Shown: positions 7,278-14,508, numbered from the stretch's first letter. The stretch: DNA of 14,727 nucleotides from a virus (IMGVR_UViG_651053023_000012:1-14727); one strand, 5' to 3'. The notes: generated by a model from the sequence alone, not told the origin. A program made the numbers and translations.

Positions 7278-8405
7278 TCATGCTTTCCACTTCAGGACAC
7301 CCGAATTTCTCGCGTGCATTAAAAAACGAATCAGCAACAACAGCTGGCTGCCGTGTTTTTCTTCAAAATCTTTTACCCCGGCGTGCAGTTCGTTATGACA
7401 TTTACGGCACAGCGGAATAACAAACAAATCATCAGCCTTTGTTCCCATCCCTCCCAGTCCATGACCAATGATGTGATGCGGATCATCTGCCTGATTACCG
7501 CACGTCATGCATTTCTGCGTTTTTACCCAGCGCGTGTATACAGGCATCTCTTCCCGTTGTGGTTTCTGGCGCTGGAGATACTGAGCCGGTGACTCCGGAT
7601 CAACGGCAATGCTTACCACCGTCTTTTCCTGTGGCGGGTTTTGCTGGTGGGCGTGAGGCAGCGGCGCAAGATTTTTTGTGCGCTGCTTCAGTATGCTGGT
7701 GGCGGTCTGCTCTCCCGGCACGATGTCGCTTTCACGGTACATTGAGCGGATTTTTTCCGCACGCAACCCCAGCGAACGACGTAATACCGCTTCCGGTAGC
7801 GCGTCCGCCACCTGATTGCGGACCGCCCACCAGGATAATTCAGCCAAAGATAATTCACGCTCCTGCGTACCGCTTATTGCGTGACCGATGACGTCAATCA
7901 TCCATGCTGACAGGTTTTGATGAGCAAGTTGCTCGAGTGATTCGGATGTCTGGTCACGTAGCTGGTTGTCGCAGTGCCAGCACAACACCATTGCGCCGGT
8001 ACCATAACAGTGAATGACGGTTTCGCTGTGATGATAATCGCCGTGTGGCCACTGGCAGGATTTAATATGGCGCAACAGCCAGTCAGACAATGCACCAGCA
8101 CCACCAGCAGCACGAATCACCCGTGCGTTACTGAAAAACGGCAGCAATGTTTTGTCTTCCACCAGCGGCTGGCGAGCGGCAGGGACGACTCCGGACGGCA
8201 GACCGCGCATGCTTTTCGGTTCAGGCTCCACCAGCACTCGAGGGTTATGAAATACTTGCATGGATTCACGGCCCGGCCTAAGGACAACCAGCCCAAGTTC
8301 CGGTACCAGAACAGGTCGAAGTAATATCCGCACGTTACCTCCAGATCCGTTGCTGGTATGTGCGGGATGGGCGCGGTGGGCGTTCGGAATAAGGGAGCCT
8401 GACAT
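7278..8405 (-). CDS. DUF968/YdfU-like prophage protein with a C-terminal zinc-finger, HNH-like motif. Start is uncertain (alternative ATG at 8259-8261).
   Basis: C-terminus CMTCGNQADDPHHIIGHGLGGMGTKADDLFVIPLCRKCHNELH. Further Cys/His pairs sit in the middle (HCYGTGAMVLCWHCDNQ). Its position between rusA and hok matches Qin-type prophage order as recalled. Confidence 0.6.
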   Translation of the reverse strand: MSGSLIPNAHRAHPAHTSNGSGGNVRILLRPVLVPELGLVVLRPGRESMQVFHNPRVLVEPEPKSMRGLPSGVVPAARQPLVEDKTLLPFFSNARVIRAAGGAGALSDWLLRHIKSCQWPHGDYHHSETVIHCYGTGAMVLCWHCDNQLRDQTSESLEQLAHQNLSAWMIDVIGHAISGTQERELSLAELSWWAVRNQVADALPEAVLRRSLGLRAEKIRSMYRESDIVPGEQTATSILKQRTKNLAPLPHAHQQNPPQEKTVVSIAVDPESPAQYLQRQKPQREEMPVYTRWVKTQKCMTCGNQADDPHHIIGHGLGGMGTKADDLFVIPLCRKCHNELHAGVKDFEEKHGSQLLLLIRFLMHARNSGVLKWKA

Positions 8406-8613
8406 AGATTATCCAGTGACGATAATCGAGGCTGAGGGCTTTCTTAACCTCGTATCCGCGCCTGCGGTAACACTGAATTATCCATTCCGCCTGCTCTTCA
8501 GTGCATGGAGGATGCTGGAACCAGTCTGATTTGAATACGTGAAAACGCCGTCCGCGCCTGCTGGCAAAGACGGCAGAATCATTAGAATTGTGTAATTTGG
8601 TATCGTGCGCCAT
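8335..8613 (-). CDS. Hypothetical protein (~93 aa from MAHDTKLHNSN...), overlapping the annotated 5' end of the DUF968-like ORF.
   Basis: Open reading frame only; the Shine-Dalgarno is weak. A longer start at 8694 would fall inside the terminator at 8685-8710. No family recognised. Confidence 0.3.
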   Translation of the reverse strand: MAHDTKLHNSNDSAVFASRRGRRFHVFKSDWFQHPPCTEEQAEWIIQCYRRRGYEVKKALSLDYRHWIIYVRLPYSERPPRPSRTYQQRIWR

Positions 8614-8684
8614 CGGTTGTCTCTGCTGGCGCAGCAGGTGCCAGTTGTTCAGGCTGGCGTGCGTATTGTAAACCAGAATGCCAG

Positions 8685-8710
8685 AAAAAAACAAAACCCG
8701 CCGAAGCGGG
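8685..8710 (-). terminator. Intrinsic terminator (minus strand) downstream of the lipoprotein gene.
   Basis: Minus strand: CCCGC-ttcg-GCGGG followed by TTTTGTTTTTTT. Confidence 0.55.
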
Positions 8711-8840
8711 TATGCTAAAACAAACTGAAGGTAATATGCCGGACTTGTAAAGGAACGATAGAATAATTATCGGATTAAATCCTGACTCAATCCATAGGAT
8801 TTACAGCGTTTTCACTAATAATTTACCGTCCCGCTATACA

Positions 8841-9233
8841 TTACTGCCCAGTTTTAACGAAGTTTTTAAAGGAAACAATTGCCTGATAGGGGTTTGGTTG
8901 ACAGCCAAACATATTATCGCAAAAAGGCTTGATGAAAATTCTTGCGGATCCATCTTCATTTGGCATTTTACTCACTTGATAAGCGAGGAATGGGCTATTT
9001 GGTGAAGGGTTATAAGTGGAAATTAGCGTGTTTGTCGCCGTTTGAATTTTCCATGAGGAATTATTAGCCAACCAGAATTGCGCTCGTTTCCAATAAAAGT
9101 CACATTGCTTTTCATCTTTACATGTTAGTGGCTTCATTGCTTCTGCTTTCAACGCTGGATCGACCTTTGCTGCACACCCTCCCAACATTACTGTTGCAAT
9201 CATTACACCTACGACTAAAACAAGTTTCTTCAT
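8841..9233 (-). CDS. Lipoprotein of unknown function (AT-rich moron).
   Basis: Signal peptide MKKLVLVVGVMIATVMLGGC with a lipobox L-G-G-C. The coding sequence is visibly AT-rich. GGGAG lies just upstream of the ATG. Confidence 0.7.
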   Translation of the reverse strand: MKKLVLVVGVMIATVMLGGCAAKVDPALKAEAMKPLTCKDEKQCDFYWKRAQFWLANNSSWKIQTATNTLISTYNPSPNSPFLAYQVSKMPNEDGSARIFIKPFCDNMFGCQPNPYQAIVSFKNFVKTGQ

Positions 9234-9290
9234 CTCCCTGCCCCATCAATAAAAGTTCGGTTCTCTAATAACTAGAGTTAATCAACGGAA

Positions 9291-9308
9291 AAAACGCCGA
9301 AGCGGGTT
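9291..9308 (-). terminator. Weak candidate terminator downstream of hok.
   Basis: Minus strand: CGC-c(UUCG)g-GCG short stem with a UUCG tetraloop, followed by T6. Confidence 0.35.
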
Positions 9309-9376
9309 AAGTGCGGGTGCGTTGAGGATGCCTGACACATCAGAGGTGGCGAGGGATTTCTCCCCCGCCAGGTCTC

Positions 9377-9532
9377 TTACTCCTCAGGTTCGTAAGCTGT
9401 GAAGACAGCGACCTCCGTCTGGCCGGTTCGGATTCGTACCTCGCAGAGGTCTTTCCTCGTTACCAGTGCCGTCACTATGACGGTTAAACAGATGACGATC
9501 AGGACGATTAACATCGCCTTTTGCTGCTTCAT
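9377..9532 (-). CDS. hokD: Hok/Gef-family type I toxin (HokD/RelF-like), 51 aa.
   Basis: MKQQKAMLIVLIVICLTVIVTALVTRKDLCEVRIRTGQTEVAVFTAYEPEE matches HokD as I recall it with a single substitution. GGAG sits 9 nt upstream of the ATG. Confidence 0.9.
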   Translation of the reverse strand: MKQQKAMLIVLIVICLTVIVTALVTRKDLCEVRIRTGQTEVAVFTAYEPEE

Positions 9533-9740
9533 AGCCTGCTTCTCCTTGCCTTTCGGCACGTAAGAGGCTAACCTAGATTTGCCGTTCATAGATTGAGCCT
9601 CAGATTAATGTTAAGCGTCTTGCAGGACGCGTAATGTTAACTGGGGCTTTTCTCTATCTGCCTTTGGTGTTCATGCCTGAGACAGATAGCCTCAAGCACC
9701 CGCAGCCATTCTACTTAACTCCCGTTACCTCGCCAATATG
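9533..9740 (-). promoter_or_regulatory. hok mRNA leader region (expected site of the mok frame and the antisense Sok RNA in hok/sok-type loci); boundaries are approximate.
   Basis: Inferred from hok/sok locus architecture. An in-frame upstream ATG at 9587-9589 gives a 70-codon frame. I could not map the sok promoter by eye. Confidence 0.35.
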
Positions 9741-10156
9741 AAATCAGTCAGAAAGGCGATCCATAAGAACAACAGCAAGGCAATAAATTGCCATTACAGC
9801 AGCAATAGCCAGCGCACATTTGAGAACCAGCACCACAACCTCCTGTATTGGACGTACACCAGTCCTGATAAATATGAGGCTGTCTCGTCAGTGATTCAAT
9901 ACAACTATTGGGTATAGTTTCTGTGATTTTGTTCTGTAGAAATGGAACACAACAACCAGTCACCACCAGCACTTCTTTAAATACGCCAAGTCCGACGCAA
10001 GCTAACCTTCTAGTCCGCTTTGAGCGAAAAGCAGACTGTCACGCGTTGAAGTTAATTGTATTACTTAGATAAACACTATCATTTTCCTGACGTTAAGTTG
10101 TATCTTTGATAGGATTAAAAAACGTATAGATAGCTTATGCTACTGAGGGAATAAAA

Positions 10157-10966
10157 ATGACGAAAATTAGTGAACGATGGAAGCACAATGGCATTACTGA
10201 AGGTTATTGCAATATTTGTGGGAAATATGGCTTGCTCACAAAAGATCATGTTCCTCCAAAGTGCGCCATAACCTTAGGCCCTGTTTTGCAGAAAACAGTT
10301 AGCGAATTTTTTGGTATTCAGGAACCAGTTAAACCATTAAATGCTAAAAATGGCTCTTATTTCAGAACCATTTGCAGCCACTGTAACAATAAGGTATTAG
10401 GTGGGCTCGATGTTGCAATTGAAAATGTAACAAAGTCCTTTAAAGAACAGTTAAGGCGATATATGAATGGTATGAATGTATATCCATTCATTAGAATACC
10501 TTTTGATAGCATATCTTTCACTAAGGCTATGATTGGGCACGTGCTATCAGCAACTTCAGTTGAAGATTGTAAAAAAGAACCCGTAGATAGCCCCTTCTAT
10601 ACACCTTTAAAGGATTATGTTTTGGGTAAAAATTCAAGTTTTGAGGAAACTCATGATATTTACTACTGGTTTTACCCACACAGAATGCACATATCCGCTC
10701 AAAGTGTAGCATTTATGAACGAAGGACATGTGGCATTTATTTGTGCTTTACATTTTTTCCCTATCGGTTTTATTATCACAATGAAAAATGAAGGAACATA
10801 CCCTGCCCACTCTACAAAATTAGAACTTGAAGATAAATTCCTTACATTTAATATGACCTCTATAAATTATGAGTATACGACATTTCCATTTGTAAATCTT
10901 AAGGGAAACCAAATGTATGCGATAAGCAACGGTCATACTTGTGTGAGTTATCCAATAATTAAGTGA
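10157..10966 (+). CDS. Protein with an N-terminal McrA-type HNH nuclease motif and a ~185-aa C-terminal domain of unrecognised family; candidate defence/toxin cargo or free-standing homing endonuclease.
   Basis: CNICGK-x8-DHVPPK-...-N-...-CSHCNN within the first ~80 aa. GAGGG lies 7 nt upstream of the ATG. The gene is visibly AT-rich and on the opposite strand to all neighbouring phage genes. Confidence 0.7.
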   Translation: MTKISERWKHNGITEGYCNICGKYGLLTKDHVPPKCAITLGPVLQKTVSEFFGIQEPVKPLNAKNGSYFRTICSHCNNKVLGGLDVAIENVTKSFKEQLRRYMNGMNVYPFIRIPFDSISFTKAMIGHVLSATSVEDCKKEPVDSPFYTPLKDYVLGKNSSFEETHDIYYWFYPHRMHISAQSVAFMNEGHVAFICALHFFPIGFIITMKNEGTYPAHSTKLELEDKFLTFNMTSINYEYTTFPFVNLKGNQMYAISNGHTCVSYPIIK

Positions 10967-11112
10967 CGGCTAAATCATACAATCTACGCATGTTCACTTT
11001 CTACATATACCATCTATAATGTCCGCTGTTGGCACAAAGCGGACAACCACGCTAGCTCTACCCTGTGCCACAAAAAGTCAATTTGCATCTGAACTAATGC
11101 ACTTGAATCTCG

Positions 11113-11535
11113 TCACTTCAATAAATACCGAACATCCCCCTGATAAAACGACAATATGCGCTGCATAACTTCACTCTTCCGGCACTCGCGACAGATTATG
11201 TTCTGACGCCTGTCGTAGCGACGTATTTCTCCGTCAGGTAATGACCAGATAAGGTCCGAATCAACCGCAGATGGTTTCTTCAGCTTTGCCCTTGAGAGCT
11301 TTTTACGGGCATTTTGCCAGTCCTTACGCGCCTGTTCAGACGGGAATAACCCGTAACCAGAGTTGTATACATCGCCGCTGGCAACCAGCTCTCTTGCGAG
11401 AACGCTCATCAGATATCTTGTCGCACCTGTTTTGACTTCCAGTTGCCGTAACGTCTCACGCCCACTCTGGCGTACGAGTTCAACAACCTGCCCTTTAATT
11501 TTTTCTCGCTCTTCTTGTGTAAAAACTTTTGCCAC
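11113..11535 (-). CDS. Hypothetical protein, possibly DNA-binding (HTH-like N-terminus); last gene of the replication operon. GTG start.
   Basis: The GTG at 11533-11535 is preceded by AGGAGG with 4-nt spacing. Translation is MAKVFTQEEREKIKGQVVELVRQSGRETLRQLEVKTGATRYL.... No Walker motif, so it is not DnaC-like. Confidence 0.55.
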   Translation of the reverse strand: MAKVFTQEEREKIKGQVVELVRQSGRETLRQLEVKTGATRYLMSVLARELVASGDVYNSGYGLFPSEQARKDWQNARKKLSRAKLKKPSAVDSDLIWSLPDGEIRRYDRRQNIICRECRKSEVMQRILSFYQGDVRYLLK

Positions 11536-11575
11536 AAGTCCTCCTGAAAATTACCTCATGACCAGAAATCAACAC

Positions 11576-12646
11576 TTACCCCCTGAAGCCCGGTGGAATT
11601 TCGGTATCCGGTTCAGAAATATGATTCACACAACGCTGGTTGTTCGTGCCGCTTACCGGGAGCAGCCAGGGGTTTTCAAAATTCCGGTCCGGTCCAAAAA
11701 ACGTCGTCGCTCGCTGAACAAATTCCGTTCCCGTTTTCCCGGTAGCCGCAAGGTATCTTGCGTAACGCCTCACGCCATCCAGCATGGCCTCTGGTGACAC
11801 CCCCTCGCGTAATCTGGCCTTCCAAGCACTGAAAGCGGATTTCTTCGGGTTTGCCCCAGCACGCAACGGGTATTCCCGCCAGACCTGTTCGAACACATCC
11901 GGATAATCCACTCGTCCCACAGGCTGCCCGGTGTTTTCCGGGACTACCCGATCGGCTTCCCGCTGAATGGCGGAATCGGCTTCAGGCTGCTGCAGTTGGT
12001 GTGATTGCTCCGGCCTTGCGGTCATCACCTGCTGCACAGCGCCCGAATCGGCTTTCAGCGCATACGCTGAATCGGCTTCCGGTGTCGTGCCTGCTGGCTG
12101 ACCAAGATTGACGGTCTGAACATCCCCTGCCTGGTTCGTGGCGTTTTTTACGCCATGGACCATAGTGTTTTGATCTTCTTGATCTGTATCTTTATCTGTA
12201 TCTTTATCTGTCGTGACTCGTCGTGACATGTGCGTGACATTTCGTGACGCGCCGTGACAATCGCCATTTTGTTCCCGCTTTCTTTCCCTCTCTCGCTGCG
12301 CCCTCTTGCGCTCTGCAGGAGATTTTGCGGTTTGCGAAATATTGCCGTTGTCCTCTTTAAGCACCTGGCGTTTTTCCCATCCAGTGATTAAATCACCATC
12401 AAGTACCCGCCCCTGCATCGTCTGCAAAATTGAATCAATTACCTCTTCTGTCACGTCGAGCGCACTTGCCAAATCTTCTGTCGTGACATCAATGTGACCT
12501 CGCGTGACATTTCGTGACGCGCTCACCAGGAGGTGGATATACACTGCCATCACTGTTGCAATTGGCTGCCCTGACACCCTGGCAATTGTTCGCCACTTAG
12601 GGTCATTTGGCATGTCATGCCATAATCTGAGCCAGGCGTTAGCCAT
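11576..12646 (-). CDS. Putative phage replication initiation protein (YdaU/O-like) with iteron arrays embedded in the coding sequence.
   Basis: The ATG at 12644-12646 is preceded by GAGGTG. It sits downstream of the Cro-like and YdaT-like genes, as in Rac. Two clusters of GTGAC repeats with 10-11 bp periodicity lie inside the gene. Confidence 0.6.
   Translation of the reverse strand: MANAWLRLWHDMPNDPKWRTIARVSGQPIATVMAVYIHLLVSASRNVTRGHIDVTTEDLASALDVTEEVIDSILQTMQGRVLDGDLITGWEKRQVLKEDNGNISQTAKSPAERKRAQRERERKREQNGDCHGASRNVTHMSRRVTTDKDTDKDTDQEDQNTMVHGVKNATNQAGDVQTVNLGQPAGTTPEADSAYALKADSGAVQQVMTARPEQSHQLQQPEADSAIQREADRVVPENTGQPVGRVDYPDVFEQVWREYPLRAGANPKKSAFSAWKARLREGVSPEAMLDGVRRYARYLAATGKTGTEFVQRATTFFGPDRNFENPWLLPVSGTNNQRCVNHISEPDTEIPPGFRG
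12211..12260. repeat. Iteron-like array A: five GTGAC cores at 10-11 bp spacing, preceded by a 12-bp tandem repeat (tctgtatcttta, two copies) at 12182-12205.
   Basis: tcgtgactcg tcgtgacatg tgcgtgacat ttcgtgacgc gccgtgacaa. It shares the 21-mer gcgtgacatttcgtgacgcgc with array B. Confidence 0.5.
12481..12520. repeat. Iteron-like array B: four GTGAC cores at 10-11 bp spacing, plus an inverted core at ~12450.
   Basis: tcgtgacatc aatgtgacct cgcgtgacat ttcgtgacgc. Confidence 0.5.
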
Positions 12647-12717
12647 ACTCACCTCTTCTGATACCGAATCTTTTTACTCACGAGTTGCCGGAAGTGATTC
12701 GATATGGCTATTATCAC

Positions 12718-13143
12718 TCAATGCACTGCCACAGCATTTCCTGCCGGGCCACCACGGTTCATCTGATTGAAACCGGCGATTGCCACTGCGACAAAATCAT
12801 CAGCGTCTCTCACCAGTCGCTCCCGCGTCTCCACCAGCTCCCGAAAATAAGCTGAACTGTGGCTGCGCATTCTGGCCACCAGCAAAGGTGGCATTGCCTT
12901 TTCGATCGCTGGTAACAACGCCTGAATTTTTTCAACTGCATCAGGGGTGTCTTTCTCTACCCAGCGGAAAATTTTCTGGGTATTGCGAGCCAGGGCTTCC
13001 GGATGGCTGTCGTCATACAGTTCTGGGAACATCATACCCAACTCAAAATAAGCCTGGGTTATTCCAGCCGCCGGAACTTTTTCGCCATCAGGACGCGCCC
13101 AGGCATTCATCGCCATGCGGATGTGTTCATGCTTGATTTTCAT
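12718..13143 (-). CDS. YdaT-like protein (proposed CII-analogue/toxic regulator in Rac-type prophages).
   Basis: The N-terminus MKIKHEHI matches what I recall for YdaT, and the size is ~140 aa. It overlaps the upstream Cro-like gene by 17 nt, as a ydaS-ydaT pair would. Confidence 0.6.
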   Translation of the reverse strand: MKIKHEHIRMAMNAWARPDGEKVPAAGITQAYFELGMMFPELYDDSHPEALARNTQKIFRWVEKDTPDAVEKIQALLPAIEKAMPPLLVARMRSHSSAYFRELVETRERLVRDADDFVAVAIAGFNQMNRGGPAGNAVAVH

Positions 13144-13408
13144 GAATCAAGCTCCTAGAAAGTGGTTGTGTTAACGTTTTGGTATCTTCCAGCTCGGGCC
13201 AAATATTCATCCAATCAAAAGGCCTTAGTTGCTGACGTGTAACTTCACCATTACTGGCTCGCTCAATAAGGACGCATAACGATGCCCCTAACACTTGACC
13301 TTTACTCAATGCCTTTCTTAGATAACCGATGCTGGTACCACACTCGCATGCAAACATACGCTGTTCATCTGACGAAAGAGAATTGAGAAATATTCTTAAT
13401 TCTTCCAT
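13127..13408 (-). CDS. YdaS-like HTH protein (Cro analogue), first gene of the rightward early operon.
   Basis: AAGGAG Shine-Dalgarno. HTH segment CGTSIGYLRKALSKGQVLGASLCVLIERASNGEVT. It is divergent from a repressor gene, with operator repeats between them. Confidence 0.7.
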   Translation of the reverse strand: MEELRIFLNSLSSDEQRMFACECGTSIGYLRKALSKGQVLGASLCVLIERASNGEVTRQQLRPFDWMNIWPELEDTKTLTQPLSRSLIHENQA

Positions 13409-13436
13409 AGCTACTCCTTAGTAAACACAGTAAAGA

Positions 13437-13480
13437 ATACCCACAGGTAAACAAAAGTCAATACCCACAGGTTGTTTACC
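13437..13480. promoter_or_regulatory. Operator-like repeats in the divergent repressor/Cro intergenic region (OR-like).
   Basis: ATACCCACAGG occurs twice (13437-13447 and 13461-13471), with an inverted pair ggtaaaca/tgtttacc. The same ATACCCA half-site recurs in the palindromes at 13971-14008. Confidence 0.45.
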
Positions 13481-13508
13481 TTGCGGTAATCGCATCTATT
13501 ATTTACCT

Positions 13509-13928
13509 ATGGACAAATATGAATTTAGACGACAGCAACTCATCAAAATTCGTGATGAGAAATGCGATGGTAAAGCGGTTAACGTGGCCAGAAAGATCGG
13601 GCGCGAGCCTTCTTATGTATCAAGAATGTTGTACCCAGAGGGGAAAAAGGGAAAAAAACGGATCGCTGATGATATGGTGGAGATTATCGAAGAGTCCTTT
13701 GGGTTACCCCGGGGATGGATGGATGGTATCGTTTCATCATCAACGAACACAGCCTCCAGTTATGAAACAAGGGTTCTAACGCCACGACAACGTATTTTTT
13801 TAGATCTCTTAGACGAACTGCCAGAAAGTGAAGCGGATAACTTATTAAAAACTCTTGAAGAGAAAAAACAGTATTACAATATGATCTACGAAGAAATCCG
13901 TAAAAAGAAAGCACAAAACGCATCATAG
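13509..13928 (+). CDS. Prophage repressor (RacR-like, XRE-type HTH, no obvious S24 peptidase domain).
   Basis: HTH segment AVNVARKIGREPSYVSRMLYPEG. There is no Shine-Dalgarno upstream of the ATG, so the transcript may be leaderless as for lambda cI from PRM. The gene is divergent from the Cro-like gene. Confidence 0.65.
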   Translation: MDKYEFRRQQLIKIRDEKCDGKAVNVARKIGREPSYVSRMLYPEGKKGKKRIADDMVEIIEESFGLPRGWMDGIVSSSTNTASSYETRVLTPRQRIFLDLLDELPESEADNLLKTLEEKKQYYNMIYEEIRKKKAQNAS

Positions 13929-13970
13929 CTCACCAAACAACTAGTCACCAGTTAAGACACCGCAAAAAGT

Positions 13971-14008
13971 TACCCATGGGTATTTACTTTTTAAATACCT
14001 ATGGGTAT
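13971..14008. promoter_or_regulatory. Operator-like palindromes downstream of the repressor gene (OL-like), upstream of the leftward early genes.
   Basis: Perfect 12-bp palindrome TACCCATGGGTA (13971-13982) and imperfect ATACCTATGGGTAT (13995-14008), 25 bp apart. Confidence 0.45.
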
Positions 14009-14193
14009 CCTTCTTTTCATACCAACCCACCCCGCCCCACAGAATGCAGGGCAATACTTCGAGTTACCAGGCAGTGGTCAGGGGTTAAGTAGCCAGCCCG
14101 AGGCGTAAGAACATGACGGCAGGGTTCAACTTTAATAACTATGCAGCAGGTTTTTGTTCCGCTACCCCAGCGTTAAGGGGAAATGAGGTCAGC

Positions 14194-14349
14194 ATGGATA
14201 CTATCGATCTTGGCAACAACGAATCTCTGGTGTACGGCGTGTTTCCCAACCAGGACGGCACGTTCACCGCGATGACGTATACCAAAAGCAAAACGTTTAA
14301 AACCGAAAATGGTGCCCGTCGCTGGCTGGAAAGAAACTCAGGTGAGTGA
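14194..14349 (+). CDS. Small protein, YdaF-like (51 aa).
   Basis: ATG at 14194 preceded by GAGG. Translation MDTIDLGNNESLVYGVFPNQDGTFTAMTYTKSKTFKTENGARRWLERNSGE matches my recollection of Rac YdaF (memory only). Confidence 0.55.
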   Translation: MDTIDLGNNESLVYGVFPNQDGTFTAMTYTKSKTFKTENGARRWLERNSGE

Positions 14350-14350
14350 T

Positions 14351-14479
14351 ATGGATTTCGACACAATCATGGAAAAGGCTTACGAAGAATACTTCGAAGA
14401 CCTTGCCGAAGGCGAAGAAGCTCTCAGCTTCAGTGAGTTTAAACAGGCGCTTTCCAGCTCGGCAAAATCTAACGGCTGA
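14351..14479 (+). CDS. Small acidic protein, YdaG-like (42 aa).
   Basis: ATG one nt after the preceding stop. Translation MDFDTIMEKAYEEYFEDLAEGEEALSFSEFKQALSSSAKSNG. It is below the ORF-track cut-off; assignment is from memory. Confidence 0.45.
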   Translation: MDFDTIMEKAYEEYFEDLAEGEEALSFSEFKQALSSSAKSNG

Positions 14480-14508
14480 TAAGCGAAGTAGCACCGCGAG
14501 GAATCAGT

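Noticed and set aside
7353-8529. Plus-strand ORFs inside the DUF968-like gene (7353-7592, 7559-7891, 7974-8324, 8260-8529) and a minus-strand ORF at 7898-8113.
   Set aside because: All are antisense or out of frame with respect to a longer motif-bearing CDS. They are typical GC-rich shadow ORFs.
9748-9972. 74-aa cysteine-rich minus-strand ORF (…GGCGAGSQMCAGYCCCNGNLLPCCC…) upstream of hok, which superficially looks like a Cys-rich peptide or microcin.
   Set aside because: The Cys run comes from the reverse complement of GCA/GCT-rich sequence. There is no convincing Shine-Dalgarno, it lies in the expected hok leader/promoter region, and the low-complexity composition is typical of spurious antisense frames.
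11021-11044. Hairpin gtccgc-(12 nt)-gcggac downstream of the HNH gene, considered as its terminator.
   Set aside because: It has no U-run and a long loop, so it is not a convincing intrinsic terminator. It may still be a protein-binding site.
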